Virus record (IMG/VR): IMGVR_UViG_3300037882_002640 | Location: 30,811-94,810 of that record | Strand: one strand, 5' to 3' | DNA: 64,000 nt | Source: a virus | Shown: positions 32,849 to 42,952 of the stretch, in pieces | Numbering within the stretch: the first letter of the stretch is position 1 | How the letters are laid out: each line of letters opens with the position of its first letter | Program-made: the position numbers and the translations under genes | The notes under the pieces: generated by a model | Told to the model about the DNA's origin: nothing | The model's input: the letters and a program-made list of their open reading frames with translations, nothing else | Databases searched by the model: none

Positions 32849-33517
32849 TCACAGTATAGAGACTGCTCTGCGTGGTGAACTTACAGGCAGCACAGGCTTT
32901 GGGGCTTTCTCGTAGCCCACCTTCCACAGGTAGTCTTCTACTACGTATTGCAAAAGGACTCTTTGAGGGATGTCTTTAGGCGCTGGTTTGGCCTGGGTTC
33001 CACCCATCATCAGGCTGGTAAATTGGCTGTATACGTCTTTAGGTTGTACTGCCATACTCTCGTTGTAGTACCGTAATACTACAACTTCTCCAGCAAACAC
33101 TGCGCTGCCGATTTCCCTGCCCGCCTTTACTATTACAAGACTAGTCAGGCCGCTGTCTATTACAGTAGATCCCCTTGTTGTCAGTATGTTGGTTTCTTTT
33201 ATCTCGAAAATAGGTCGCATTTTAATACTGTAGACTGCAGGCATCTGAGCCACAGCATACCCCGTGTCTCTATACACTACATCTAGTGTCATGTGTTCGA
33301 CAAAAACACTAACCATACTTACATTTTTTAGCGTAAATGGTATTCCGTACTGCTCCTGTATAGCAGTCATGACCATTTTAGCACTTGCGGGCACTTTCGG
33401 CAGGTTGATCTTGACCTTTATATGCTCTCCGTCACGGTTCACTGTGATTAGGATTGCTGGGCCCTGCCCTTTGTCTGGAACCATTATTCCAGATGTATTT
33501 TTTACTTTTAGTTGCAT
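32849..33517 (-). CDS. Hypothetical protein
   Basis: 222-aa ATG ORF. Confidence 0.6.
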   Translation of the reverse strand: MQLKVKNTSGIMVPDKGQGPAILITVNRDGEHIKVKINLPKVPASAKMVMTAIQEQYGIPFTLKNVSMVSVFVEHMTLDVVYRDTGYAVAQMPAVYSIKMRPIFEIKETNILTTRGSTVIDSGLTSLVIVKAGREIGSAVFAGEVVVLRYYNESMAVQPKDVYSQFTSLMMGGTQAKPAPKDIPQRVLLQYVVEDYLWKVGYEKAPKPVLPVSSPRRAVSIL

Positions 33518-33531
33518 TGTGATTAACTTTG

Positions 33532-33556
33532 AAGGGGGAAGGTTTCCCTTCCCCCA
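33532..33556 (-). terminator. Putative terminator or processing hairpin
   Basis: GGGGGAAGG / CCTTCCCCC inverted repeat. Confidence 0.55.
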
Positions 33557-33578
33557 ATGATGAATGATAAATTGTTCC

Positions 33579-34445
33579 TTAGACTTCAGTGGCCGCAGGT
33601 ACTGCGGCAGACTCTACTACCGCGTCTTCTACTGTAGCCGTTTTTTGACTGCCTGCACTGTTTTTTACCATCAATTCAAGCGTTCGGGCTTGAACCAGAT
33701 TGGTTTGTGCAGCATCCCCCACTGCTTGTGTGAGTTTAGCGACTGTCTGCAGGGCGAGATCCACCTGTGCTTCACGCAATTCAATACCGGATGTCGTTGT
33801 TGCTGTGACCAAGCCATTCTCAGACTCGGTAGTAGGAGCTTCTTCGGCAGGCGTTTCAACAGCCTCTTCCTCAACAGGTACTTCTGAGGTAGGAGTCTCG
33901 GCAGGAGTTTCATTGGGTGCTTCGGCAGGAGTTTGATCAATGAGCACTTCTTCTTCAGTGTTACCAGGAGCCTGCTCTTCTTCAGACGCTACCGCATCCA
34001 CTGCTTCCGCCACATCTTCAGGAGCCGCTGCATAGAGCATAGTGGGGTCAGTGTCGAGCACCAGTGCCGAGTAGAACTCTTTTGCTTCTGGAGGTGTGGC
34101 GAGTGTCGCACCTCCAGGGATTTCTCCATTTTCGAGGAAGAATTCCTGCAATTCTTCAACGAAAGCTGTTGTGTTTTGTGTCGTGAGCGGTATTGTGCCG
34201 TCTAGGATGGCCTCTGCCACCCGTGCACGGTAATCTACGCTCAAGCCCTCTACAGCCTGCTGCATATCCTTGTCGCCTAACTTCGCCTCTATAAGAGGAA
34301 CGGCTACGGCGAATGACGCGACATCCCCCAAGTGTTTGTCTGTTCCATCGTCGTTCTTATTCGCTAATGTGAAGAACGCATCTTCTGTGTCGAAAACTTT
34401 CGCGATAATGGCGAGTGTGTGGAGATTTTTCTGTGTCTGTGACAT
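33579..34445 (-). CDS. Acidic protein with an E/A/P/T-rich low-complexity linker
   Basis: Repeats TPAEAP / TPAETP / TPAEEAP. Confidence 0.75.
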   Translation of the reverse strand: MSQTQKNLHTLAIIAKVFDTEDAFFTLANKNDDGTDKHLGDVASFAVAVPLIEAKLGDKDMQQAVEGLSVDYRARVAEAILDGTIPLTTQNTTAFVEELQEFFLENGEIPGGATLATPPEAKEFYSALVLDTDPTMLYAAAPEDVAEAVDAVASEEEQAPGNTEEEVLIDQTPAEAPNETPAETPTSEVPVEEEAVETPAEEAPTTESENGLVTATTTSGIELREAQVDLALQTVAKLTQAVGDAAQTNLVQARTLELMVKNSAGSQKTATVEDAVVESAAVPAATEV

Positions 34446-34524
34446 AGAGTAAAAAATAAATTAGTGATTTTAACTGTGTTAGGTTTTTTGGTAGGACTTT
34501 TCCTACCAATTACCTATACAGCCG

Positions 34525-34824
34525 TTAAGTTGTTGGGATTAAATCAAATATATACTCGTCACAATCTACAATGGACTGTAGTTTGTGCAAATCTTCGTCT
34601 CTTATTTTCAGTACCCCGATATCTCCTTGAGTATATCTTTTTAGTTTATGGGGTAGTGGTGCTTCTTTTAGATGCACTTTCTGATCGTTGTATTCAGCTT
34701 CTAGTATTGTTTGAGATTTGTTCGTAGACGAAACTACGAAAATTCTCTCACCTATACAGAAGCCTGGTCTTATCTTCCGATCATTATAGACGTTATTGTA
34801 GCGGTATAGGTATATACCCTTCAT
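34525..34824 (-). CDS. Hypothetical protein
   Basis: 99-aa ATG ORF. Confidence 0.55.
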   Translation of the reverse strand: MKGIYLYRYNNVYNDRKIRPGFCIGERIFVVSSTNKSQTILEAEYNDQKVHLKEAPLPHKLKRYTQGDIGVLKIRDEDLHKLQSIVDCDEYIFDLIPTT

Positions 34825-34832
34825 TATATTTT

Positions 34833-35963
34833 TTACGCTTTTACATAGTTAAATGTCCCACCCGATTTCAAGCAGAACTCCTGCAAGCCTTCGTTCTTAA
34901 GGCCTTCATAATGTTGGAACATTAAAGCGTGGGTAGTGATTTCTGGAACACCACTTACATGGTCTTGACCGTCATTTACAATGACAATCTCAACGCTGGC
35001 TCCGATGTCATTGATGGGGTGCTTACCCCACATTCCCTTACTTATCATGTCAGCCACTTCTTTGACGCAGTCTCCCACTTCTGTTCCTCCCCCACTTCCA
35101 GCAGGGAACTTAGCGAACATCTTGTCAAAAGATTCAATGTCCGTTATCTTCTTGAATTTATGGCACTCCTCTAGAAACCGGCATAAATATAGCTCGGTTT
35201 CTCCTTTGAGTATTCCTGGTCTTACTGCAGCTAGAACTGCCTTTACATAGGAAAACATGCCATGCATAGATCCAGAGTCGTCGATCATCATGTAGATCTG
35301 CTGCTTCTGTATGATATACTTGTATTTCTGAGCCACTCTAAACTGCTTGCCTACGAGCTTCAGCTTGAATGTGGGGTCCATAAATTCCGATGGATCCACC
35401 GAAGCCAAATCCGAGTAATCAGTCATCCTGACCATACGGTTTTTACCTTTTGGGGATTGGACTTTTTTCTTTTTTCCACCTACTTTGAATGTGGGCATAT
35501 TTTCAAAGAGATTTAAATAGTTAATCCACTCTAAATCTATGTCGTCCAGTTCCAATTCCTCGGCGTCTATAGGATCACCTTCTCCTTTCCCGCCCTTCAA
35601 CCCGCCTGGGATTTTACCTTCTTTTAAGGCTTCCCTGGCTTTTTCAAGAGACTCTATGGCCTCCCCTAAATTCCCACCATTAGGATCTAGGTAATTTTTT
35701 ATAAATTTAGCGTAATTCACCGCTTTTTGGGTGGGGGTAATTCCGCTTAAGTGAGTGTCAACTCCTCTAACTGCCTTTAACGCCTCTAGCGATTCCTGGT
35801 TATGAGAAATCAATGCATCCCTACCGTCTAGACCTCTGTCTGTGTACGATGTGATGTCTTGATACGCCTTCGCATCATAAGGATGGTCAGTCAACGCTTC
35901 AAACTCACTCACACCCATCCCAATGTAATTAGAATGGGTGTGAGTCACTTGTTGATTTAACAT
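34833..35963 (-). CDS. vWA (MIDAS) domain protein, ViaA-like
   Basis: IDDSGSM, GGGT and VNDG motifs; adjacent to a MoxR-type ATPase. Confidence 0.8.
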   Translation of the reverse strand: MLNQQVTHTHSNYIGMGVSEFEALTDHPYDAKAYQDITSYTDRGLDGRDALISHNQESLEALKAVRGVDTHLSGITPTQKAVNYAKFIKNYLDPNGGNLGEAIESLEKAREALKEGKIPGGLKGGKGEGDPIDAEELELDDIDLEWINYLNLFENMPTFKVGGKKKKVQSPKGKNRMVRMTDYSDLASVDPSEFMDPTFKLKLVGKQFRVAQKYKYIIQKQQIYMMIDDSGSMHGMFSYVKAVLAAVRPGILKGETELYLCRFLEECHKFKKITDIESFDKMFAKFPAGSGGGTEVGDCVKEVADMISKGMWGKHPINDIGASVEIVIVNDGQDHVSGVPEITTHALMFQHYEGLKNEGLQEFCLKSGGTFNYVKA

Positions 35964-37063
35964 AACCCGGCAAGTAAGTTATCGACGTTTATAGTTGGTG
36001 TATACGTATTCGCTTTGGCGGTGAAGTCGGATAGCTCCTTCTTAATCACCACATATTTGCTGTAGAGCTCGGTATTACTATGTGACAACCGAGCGTTTTC
36101 CAACTCAGATTTTAGCGAAGCTGCTACCGTAAGTAACTGCGAAATCTTTCCAGCCACATTTACTTTAGATAGGTCTACACCCATCAATTTCTTTGCATTA
36201 TCTAATAGTATCCTTACTTGCGCAGTATCCTCAATTCCCATGAGTGACTTTCTCACTGTTCCCACACCCGCTTCTGGCAGCGTGGTAATCATTGTGAAGG
36301 CTGCTTGTTTTTGCGATGGGGTGGTCGCATCGTTATACATGGGTATAACAGCGTTCAGGAAAACGCGGGGAGACAACTTGATGTTATTTGCTGCTAATTC
36401 CGCAGCCACACTTGCCACTTCACTAAGTATCTTCTGGTTGTGGTTTGGATATCTCAATATTGCTGTCTTGTAGTAAGCGTCATATGAGTAGTCTTCCCAG
36501 ACTACTTTCATCTTGAACATATAGCGCTCCAAGAACGCCATGCTGTCATCAGGGTTTTCACATGTCTTTGCCCACTCTAGTGGGTCATAGTTCGTGCCTA
36601 TAAAGTAGATTCCTTGTAGTGGTATACAAATATCTCCTTCGCACATAAATCCGCTAGTCATAACGTACTTGAGTGCGTTCAGTACGTCGGGTTGGGCTTG
36701 CAGCCCTTCCTCGAACACACCTACTTCCCCGCTGAATATTGACTGCTCGATATTCTTGCGTAGTTCATTCTCAGTTATGAGCTTCTTCAGATCGTAACCC
36801 CCAAATAATTCAGGGACGGTAGTGCTGCTCGATAGCGCCATCACTTTGGGCATCTTCGCGAAGAAATACTTTGAGAACAGTTCCATTATCTGTGTCTTAC
36901 CATACCCCCCAGGGCCATAAAGCACAACGTGGGGTACTCCCCCTGATTGGTGTTGGCGATATGCTTGAAATAACATTTCAGCAAATTTATCCATCTGGGT
37001 AAATTTACTGTTAACCAATTTTAGCCACTCCTTAAGAGTGACTTCTTTTTTTACAGGTGTCAT
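35957..37063 (-). CDS. MoxR/RavA-like AAA+ ATPase
   Basis: GPGGYGKT, ELFGG, VFEE, LNAL, GTN, AFLERY and SPR motifs. Confidence 0.8.
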   Translation of the reverse strand: MTPVKKEVTLKEWLKLVNSKFTQMDKFAEMLFQAYRQHQSGGVPHVVLYGPGGYGKTQIMELFSKYFFAKMPKVMALSSSTTVPELFGGYDLKKLITENELRKNIEQSIFSGEVGVFEEGLQAQPDVLNALKYVMTSGFMCEGDICIPLQGIYFIGTNYDPLEWAKTCENPDDSMAFLERYMFKMKVVWEDYSYDAYYKTAILRYPNHNQKILSEVASVAAELAANNIKLSPRVFLNAVIPMYNDATTPSQKQAAFTMITTLPEAGVGTVRKSLMGIEDTAQVRILLDNAKKLMGVDLSKVNVAGKISQLLTVAASLKSELENARLSHSNTELYSKYVVIKKELSDFTAKANTYTPTINVDNLLAGLC

Positions 37064-37219
37064 AGTTTTTCAGCTGTTGTTTAACCAGCTCATAATAAAT
37101 TCCTGTAAAAACTCATCCTTTATCCAGTTATTCTTGGCCGGAGAATCGGTCCGAATATCAGATGAGTGCTATGCCTCCACCACTCTTTAGTGATGAAGGG
37201 AGGTATATGTTGGCCAGTA

Positions 37220-37612
37220 TTAAATTCTGTTTTCTTTAAACACCTGTGTGATTTGGCGGCTTATTAGCCGGATGGTGTTTTTATGGATAAGAGAATAAAA
37301 TCCCTGATACTCTGCCTCAATCCTTACTTTACCGTAATTCTTACCATGGGGAGTCCCAAAATGGGACACGATTCTTATGTTAAGGTAAGAGGTTGTGAAC
37401 CTTTGGGCGAGGGAGTTTAAATGCCCCCTTATTTCCTCTGTCCTGGCGACCTTCTTCATGAAATCTGGATCCCCTCGTAGGGTGTTCACTGATTTTGGAA
37501 TTAGTCTGCGATAGACGCATTTTGTGCCAAACACCACAGCATTATCATTGTCCAGATAACACTTTTGGGTGATTTCCATCCCGTCTTTGTAGAAACTCTG
37601 TTCTTGAGTCAT
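37220..37612 (-). CDS. Hypothetical protein
   Basis: 130-aa ATG ORF. Confidence 0.6.
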   Translation of the reverse strand: MTQEQSFYKDGMEITQKCYLDNDNAVVFGTKCVYRRLIPKSVNTLRGDPDFMKKVARTEEIRGHLNSLAQRFTTSYLNIRIVSHFGTPHGKNYGKVRIEAEYQGFYSLIHKNTIRLISRQITQVFKENRI

Positions 37613-37697
37613 AATTAAATTAAGATTTAAAACCCCATTCCCCCTTTAACAGGCTTGAGTTTGGACCCCAAGGGTACGTCCGTGGAATGGGGCATAT

Positions 37698-38078
37698 TTA
37701 ATAATCTGTTGGATTTGATTCCCAGTCAGTACGTGGATTCTTGTTTCTAGCACGTCTCTGGGCTTTTGCGTTACCCTTTAAGGGTAACTCTTCTTCTAGG
37801 GCTTCGATAACTATTTCGTTACCGATGGCCGTTATGTTACACGCCCTCGAGTAACATGTTTGTATGAAGAAGAGCAATCTGATGGGGTTACCAGTAAATT
37901 CAAATTTAATAGCAACCTCATCATATACTAGTGGTGCACCAAATCGATTAGCACCCCGATTGCGGTTTTTATACTTTTGGTACGCTTCTGGCCCTATCAC
38001 TGACCTAAGTTCCCTTAATATGATAGCCTTACCTGCGTAAGCCCGACGCATCCATACTAACTTAATGAAGATTTTCAT
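37698..38078 (-). CDS. Hypothetical protein
   Basis: 126-aa ORF in the operon. Confidence 0.6.
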   Translation of the reverse strand: MKIFIKLVWMRRAYAGKAIILRELRSVIGPEAYQKYKNRNRGANRFGAPLVYDEVAIKFEFTGNPIRLLFFIQTCYSRACNITAIGNEIVIEALEEELPLKGNAKAQRRARNKNPRTDWESNPTDY

Positions 38079-38352
38079 AGTTTTTAACTATGTCCATAGC
38101 TAACAGTTCAGAATCTAGGTCTTCTAGCGTAAATTTCCACTTTCCCACTTCTCTGCACCCTTCCCTACTCCTAAAGTGGGTGATTAAACTGTTATAGTTA
38201 ACGAAGGACACACCTCCATCATCTATCAGTAATTCCTCCAGCACTCCCTCAAGGAATTGGAACTTAGTAACAGCCCCAAGCAGTTCGCCATCATATTCTA
38301 TGGTAATTTGCTTAGTGCATTCCTCTGCATCGCCATTAAATATGTTTTTCAT
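38062..38352 (-). CDS. Hypothetical protein
   Basis: ATGA-coupled ORF. Confidence 0.6.
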   Translation of the reverse strand: MKNIFNGDAEECTKQITIEYDGELLGAVTKFQFLEGVLEELLIDDGGVSFVNYNSLITHFRSREGCREVGKWKFTLEDLDSELLAMDIVKNYENLH

Positions 38353-38591
38353 AATAAAAAAAGTACTAGTAGTGATACAAAGCCTAACAAAGCAACTGCC
38401 AGCAGTCTTTGCAGGTGAGAAATTTTGTTTGACTCCTGATACGCTTGGTTCAGAGGTTCAAACATTGATAAGGCGTCTTCAGCCCTCTTCAATCTGTCTT
38501 TGGTTCTCTCCTTGTTACTAGTTATCCTAGACACAAAGATTAGGAAAGAGACAAAAATAAAGAGGCCGAGCATAACTGGTAAATCATTCAT
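38349..38591 (-). CDS. Small two-TM membrane protein
   Basis: Hydrophobic ends; TGA stop in an ATGA overlap. Confidence 0.55.
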   Translation of the reverse strand: MNDLPVMLGLFIFVSFLIFVSRITSNKERTKDRLKRAEDALSMFEPLNQAYQESNKISHLQRLLAVALLGFVSLLVLFLL

Positions 38592-39075
38592 GTCTTCCAC
38601 CCTCCTTGTCCATAAGATATAAGTTGTAGACTACACCGTCCTTTCGGTGCGCAACCAGCATCAGACCTTTTCTAGGTAAATCAAAACCTAAGGTATGGAA
38701 AGGTGTGGTGCTTTCCATACCCTTTTCGGTGAACGTTATTCTACACCAGTTAAGGTGGATGTGCCCTCCTACTTTACGCACTCTGTATTCCATTGGACTT
38801 GCCCACGGTACATCAGTCCTATTCTTAGGTGGGTAAAACAATATAAAAAAGTACCCAAAGGGCATAAGCCCCATACTTAAAAATAAGGCCCTAAAGAAGG
38901 GGTAATTCTCCCTCACGTATGAGGGGTGGTAGTAGGCTAAGTGCTCGTTTACCAGTAGGAGGTTGATTACCCCCTCTACTACAATAAGGCACGCTAGTTT
39001 TGAGTTGGTGACATAATATACTACACAACCAAGCAGTATTTTAAAAAATAAAACAAAAAAGAAACGTTTCTTCAT
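38584..39075 (-). CDS. Membrane protein
   Basis: Two to three hydrophobic segments. Confidence 0.6.
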   Translation of the reverse strand: MKKRFFFVLFFKILLGCVVYYVTNSKLACLIVVEGVINLLLVNEHLAYYHPSYVRENYPFFRALFLSMGLMPFGYFFILFYPPKNRTDVPWASPMEYRVRKVGGHIHLNWCRITFTEKGMESTTPFHTLGFDLPRKGLMLVAHRKDGVVYNLYLMDKEGGRHE

Positions 39076-39086
39076 AATAAAATTTG

Positions 39087-39094
39087 TATCTTTG
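39087..39094 (+). promoter_or_regulatory. Bacteroidota-type -7 promoter element TATCTTTG, pointing into a non-coding gap
   Basis: Exact match to TAnnTTTG; no clear -33 TTTG at the usual spacing. Confidence 0.5.
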
Positions 39095-39488
39095 TGTCAC
39101 GTCCAGGGAAGTTGGAACTCCTTGAACACCCTATAGGCAGGCTGATAACCTAACGCTGATTGGGATAGACGTCGGATTTGACTAAGAAATTAGTATTTTT
39201 CTCCGATAGACGTGAAAATGAATGGAATATAATAGATAGTTGATAGTTGTAGGCCCTGTGGACAGGGATAAGCCAATACATTACGTAACCAATCGTGTCG
39301 TTTCTAAGTTTACGATAAAACTTATTGCAACAACTAAGGGATTAAACGCACTGGCTATAAAGAAGTTTTCATTTAATAATATAAAAAAGAGGGGTGTAAG
39401 ACCCTAGGGACATCTTATGGAGTTTTGTAAAGAGTAATTATATTACCACGTACTTCAACTACTTTACTCATAATTAATAAAAAATTTA

Positions 39489-39511
39489 AGGGGGAGTATT
39501 TCATCCCCCTT
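39489..39511 (-). terminator. Intrinsic terminator after the lysozyme gene, possibly bidirectional
   Basis: AAGGGGGA / TCCCCCTT hairpin with AT-rich flanks. Confidence 0.65.
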
Positions 39512-39521
39512 CATAATAAAT

Positions 39522-40367
39522 TCATTTTTTGATTCCATAGTCTCGCTTAAGCACCAATTCACGATACCGCTTACCATGCTTGAACAGGTAGGCAGTGTCT
39601 CCTTCAAACGCAGCGATTTCCATCTTACGGGCAGCTACAAGTGCAGGTGAACTAACCATCTTACCAGTCTTGGTACTGCGGTATTTTGTACCGAATTTAA
39701 GGTTTTTAATGGCTGGAGGTAACTTACCCTTTATCAGGTAAGCATCGAGGGATGTTATCCCTCGTTTCCTGTCTCCTTTATTATATCGTAGACCCATTGT
39801 TCCCCCTCTAATGTTGTAGCCAAGTGAAGCCATGGCTAGCACTTGATGTGGATTTAGTTTGGGATACATATGCTTTACTTCTATGCAAGCCTGCTCAATA
39901 TCCCTCTTGAGTTGCGCTGACGCCTCGTTGATATCCATCTTACCATCCTTCATAGCGGGGGTTTTACCCCTACTTTCATGATTGTACCCATAACCAATAG
40001 TTTGATAACCGGCAGGGCAATCATAAGAGGTGGGTACAAATCCTTCCTTATACTTAATCATGTGCATCATCGCAGCGTAGACTCCATAGGTTTTTACCTC
40101 TGCCTTTTCTATCTCCACACTGGTTGTATCGACAACCTCAATGGAGCTCTCTTCACATTCCATTTCTGCATACTTTTCAGCATACAGAAATGATAGTTGG
40201 TACAACCCACATACTCCTATCACTAGAAGCATTAAATGGGTTTGGAAATTTGATGGGCCGTTCCTACACCACCTAAAATAGGTGAATTTCAGACCCTCAT
40301 AGAACAGTAGTATGGAAGCAATAAAGTATTTATTCGCCCCCTCGTCTTTTCTTGGTAGCATACTCAT
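39522..40367 (-). CDS. GH24 (T4-type) lysozyme with N-terminal hydrophobic segments
   Basis: KEGFVPTSYDCPAGYQTIGYG catalytic E..D..T pattern, SLGYNI, LVAARKME. Confidence 0.8.
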   Translation of the reverse strand: MSMLPRKDEGANKYFIASILLFYEGLKFTYFRWCRNGPSNFQTHLMLLVIGVCGLYQLSFLYAEKYAEMECEESSIEVVDTTSVEIEKAEVKTYGVYAAMMHMIKYKEGFVPTSYDCPAGYQTIGYGYNHESRGKTPAMKDGKMDINEASAQLKRDIEQACIEVKHMYPKLNPHQVLAMASLGYNIRGGTMGLRYNKGDRKRGITSLDAYLIKGKLPPAIKNLKFGTKYRSTKTGKMVSSPALVAARKMEIAAFEGDTAYLFKHGKRYRELVLKRDYGIKK

Positions 40368-40396
40368 AGTATATTTAAAATGTTAACGTAAAGGAT

Positions 40397-40984
40397 TTAA
40401 TCACATCTAACATACTTGAACTCAGGTTTTACCCCTCCCAAGTATTTAAAATAAACGACATTACTATCAATACTAACATGATAGTTTTTGAATTGGTAAT
40501 TAATAGATGGTTCAGCAGAAGCATGGAAAGTACCAACTCCAAACGCGCCGCCAAACTCGACAAGCGCATATGGGAATAGATACACTAGATTCATATTCAT
40601 CCTCCGACACGGGTGGATTCCCTTATCATCTACGTAATTGTATTCGTATTGAAATTCTTTCGCAATAACATCCAAATTTGTGTATGCAGTTGGCATATCG
40701 TCATCATGATAGTTGAATATGACTGTTTCTCCATCCACAATAACTGTAGCTCCACTTTTTAGTTGGAACATATTGTCCGCTACCTCTGTAACCTGAAGAG
40801 CGTTACCATCCATTGATATCCCCTTCTTACTGACTACCCAATCGTGTACTGGTATGAATGTTCCAGTGGTGTCCCACTTACCCCCTGGAATGTACCACTT
40901 ATCAGTGGTGAAGTGGCGGGTGTCGGTGGTTTTGCAGTTTGACAGTAATACTGTCAACAATGCAATGAAAAATACTTTGTGCAT
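40397..40984 (-). CDS. Putative lipoprotein
   Basis: Likely start MHKVFFIALLTVLLSNC, a signal peptide with a lipobox Cys. Confidence 0.6.
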   Translation of the reverse strand: MHKVFFIALLTVLLSNCKTTDTRHFTTDKWYIPGGKWDTTGTFIPVHDWVVSKKGISMDGNALQVTEVADNMFQLKSGATVIVDGETVIFNYHDDDMPTAYTNLDVIAKEFQYEYNYVDDKGIHPCRRMNMNLVYLFPYALVEFGGAFGVGTFHASAEPSINYQFKNYHVSIDSNVVYFKYLGGVKPEFKYVRCD

Positions 40985-41203
40985 ATAAAAATAATTTTTA
41001 AATGTGAAATGATTTAAATTCTGTGTGATATTTGTTTTCGCTTGCGAAACAGACATTTGATGTCTGTGTCTTCCATAACTCCATCTAGTGAGTACTCTCT
41101 GAGGATTTGCCTTTTGAATTTCACCATTAGGCTTTGGCTAGGAAGGCCACCAGTAACGTGGTGAAGAATATCCCTGATAACCTTTTTGATGTTATAACTA
41201 TTC

Positions 41204-41752
41204 TCATATTTTATACAATACTTTAGGCCAACCTTTGTGATATCGGCCATCTGGTGTGAATAATTGCACCCCATCCCGGAATTGTACCTCTAGGTTGTGC
41301 TTGGTTACCATAGTTATCACTCCTTCACCCGCCTCCCTAAGACATCCCACCAAGTCTCCAAGTTGTGGATTTACTAGTGCACGTTTTACAAGATATGGGT
41401 TCTGACTTAGCGGAAAGCATTGATCTGGTTCAACCCAGATTCTTCTGTCCTTGTGAGTATCAATTGCGTGTTTGCAGTAGAAATCACTTTGTACATTGTA
41501 GCGCCCAACAATGAAGGTGTTAACCCATCTGTTATATGCGCAAACGATTTCCCCATGTTTGAACTTGGTTCTTACATGTTCAATCCTATAAAATGGATGC
41601 AGAGAGAACTTCAACCCATCTATCTGTCCTTGGATGTGTTTTTCACCATTGAAGTGCTTTTGATATTTCAATGGTATTTCAACTTTTACAGCATCCTCAG
41701 TAAGAGATATTACTGGGCACTTGCCAAATAAATAGTGGTATACGTATCTCAT
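41204..41752 (-). CDS. Hypothetical protein
   Basis: 182-aa ATGA-coupled ORF. Confidence 0.6.
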   Translation of the reverse strand: MRYVYHYLFGKCPVISLTEDAVKVEIPLKYQKHFNGEKHIQGQIDGLKFSLHPFYRIEHVRTKFKHGEIVCAYNRWVNTFIVGRYNVQSDFYCKHAIDTHKDRRIWVEPDQCFPLSQNPYLVKRALVNPQLGDLVGCLREAGEGVITMVTKHNLEVQFRDGVQLFTPDGRYHKGWPKVLYKI

Positions 41753-42072
41753 ACTTTTTTGCGTCTTGATTTTGAGATCTGCGCTATGAGCTTGAGGATG
41801 ATTTTCTGCTCACTAGGAGTTAATTCAAGGTACAACAGCAGGAACTGCGCCCTACGGTTTAGGTCATAACCACTCTGAGAATAGGTAGGTATCACCTCAA
41901 GAAATGAGGATAGTTTACCTACACTAAACATCTTGTGCGCTAGCCTCAAGGCGTGGGCATCACGTATATTATGCTTTTTAAGATAGTCCGAGTAGTCTAT
42001 CTTATTACGGCACATACTTATGAGTCGGTTGTGTTCTTCCAGACTAATCATTTTTTGTGTACTTTGTCCCAC
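41749..42072 (-). CDS. Hypothetical protein, paralog of 42048-42407
   Basis: Shared KM...HN.L...C and FL.V.P...GYD.N patterns. Confidence 0.6.
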   Translation of the reverse strand: MGQSTQKMISLEEHNRLISMCRNKIDYSDYLKKHNIRDAHALRLAHKMFSVGKLSSFLEVIPTYSQSGYDLNRRAQFLLLYLELTPSEQKIILKLIAQISKSRRKKV

Positions 42073-42407
42073 CTTGCTTTATCTGCAATAATGATTTTCG
42101 CAGAAGCCGGGCTAGGTGGGTTGGTTAGAAACTGAATCTCTTTCTTTTTGACATGGTAACACTCCAATACCAAATCAGTTATTGGGTTGTAATCATATCC
42201 TTCTGTTCTTTCTAAAGGCATAACTTGAAGAAAGGTGTGTATAACACCTGCTTCAAACATTACTTTAGATACTTTTTCCCTCACGTAAGGAGGCCTACCC
42301 TCTAAAAATAGAGCATATTCTTCCGCAAATTGGCATTCAACTACCAAGTCATTGTGTTGCTTGATAGTCATTTTCTTGGTGACGGTTACAGATATTTTAT
42401 TTTCCAT
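42048..42407 (-). CDS. Hypothetical protein, paralog of 41749-42072
   Basis: Same shared patterns as its neighbour. Confidence 0.6.
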   Translation of the reverse strand: MENKISVTVTKKMTIKQHNDLVVECQFAEEYALFLEGRPPYVREKVSKVMFEAGVIHTFLQVMPLERTEGYDYNPITDLVLECYHVKKKEIQFLTNPPSPASAKIIIADKARWDKVHKK

Positions 42408-42706
42408 TTACCTTCTTTGTAGACGATTACGCCCATTTTATAATACACGACTTTGTCCGTGCCAGTGAATTTCTTGACCCACACTACCCTACCTTCGTAG
42501 GTGTATTGAGAGCCATCTACCTTGCAGTAGGGCTCCAGTTTGTACTTCTGGATGAGGTCTACGGAGTCAACACGGGTCGTGATTTCGCCTCCAGATATTT
42601 TTGCGGATTTTGTGCGAATGACGCTTCCCTGATGAGGGATAGTGTTCTGAGCACAGGATTGTAGACTCGCTACAATCATAATGATGAAAACAAATACTTT
42701 GTTCAT
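42386..42706 (-). CDS. Putative lipoprotein
   Basis: Signal peptide ending SLQSC. Confidence 0.6.
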   Translation of the reverse strand: MNKVFVFIIMIVASLQSCAQNTIPHQGSVIRTKSAKISGGEITTRVDSVDLIQKYKLEPYCKVDGSQYTYEGRVVWVKKFTGTDKVVYYKMGVIVYKEGKWKIKYL

Positions 42707-42952
42707 AAAAGTTTAAAATAATTTGACTGTGAGAAATACCCACTTAGCGATGAAAAATATCACTAATAGGGCAATACATAAGTTTTGGAAGGGGGAGTGC
42801 CCCTCTTTAATTCTTTTTAGTGATGGTTTCATAGTGTGAGTTAAAAATTAAGAGAAAAATGAGCACCCACCATTACGGCTGGCACTCACGTGTACTTTGG
42901 GACTAGCAAAAACCATTAGCGAAACCTAGCCCCTATTATTCACCTTGCTCTG

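Noticed and set aside
32598-32927. Read-through fusion at the TGA at 32849
   Set aside because: Read-through meets a TAG after five codons, and the downstream ORF is in another frame.
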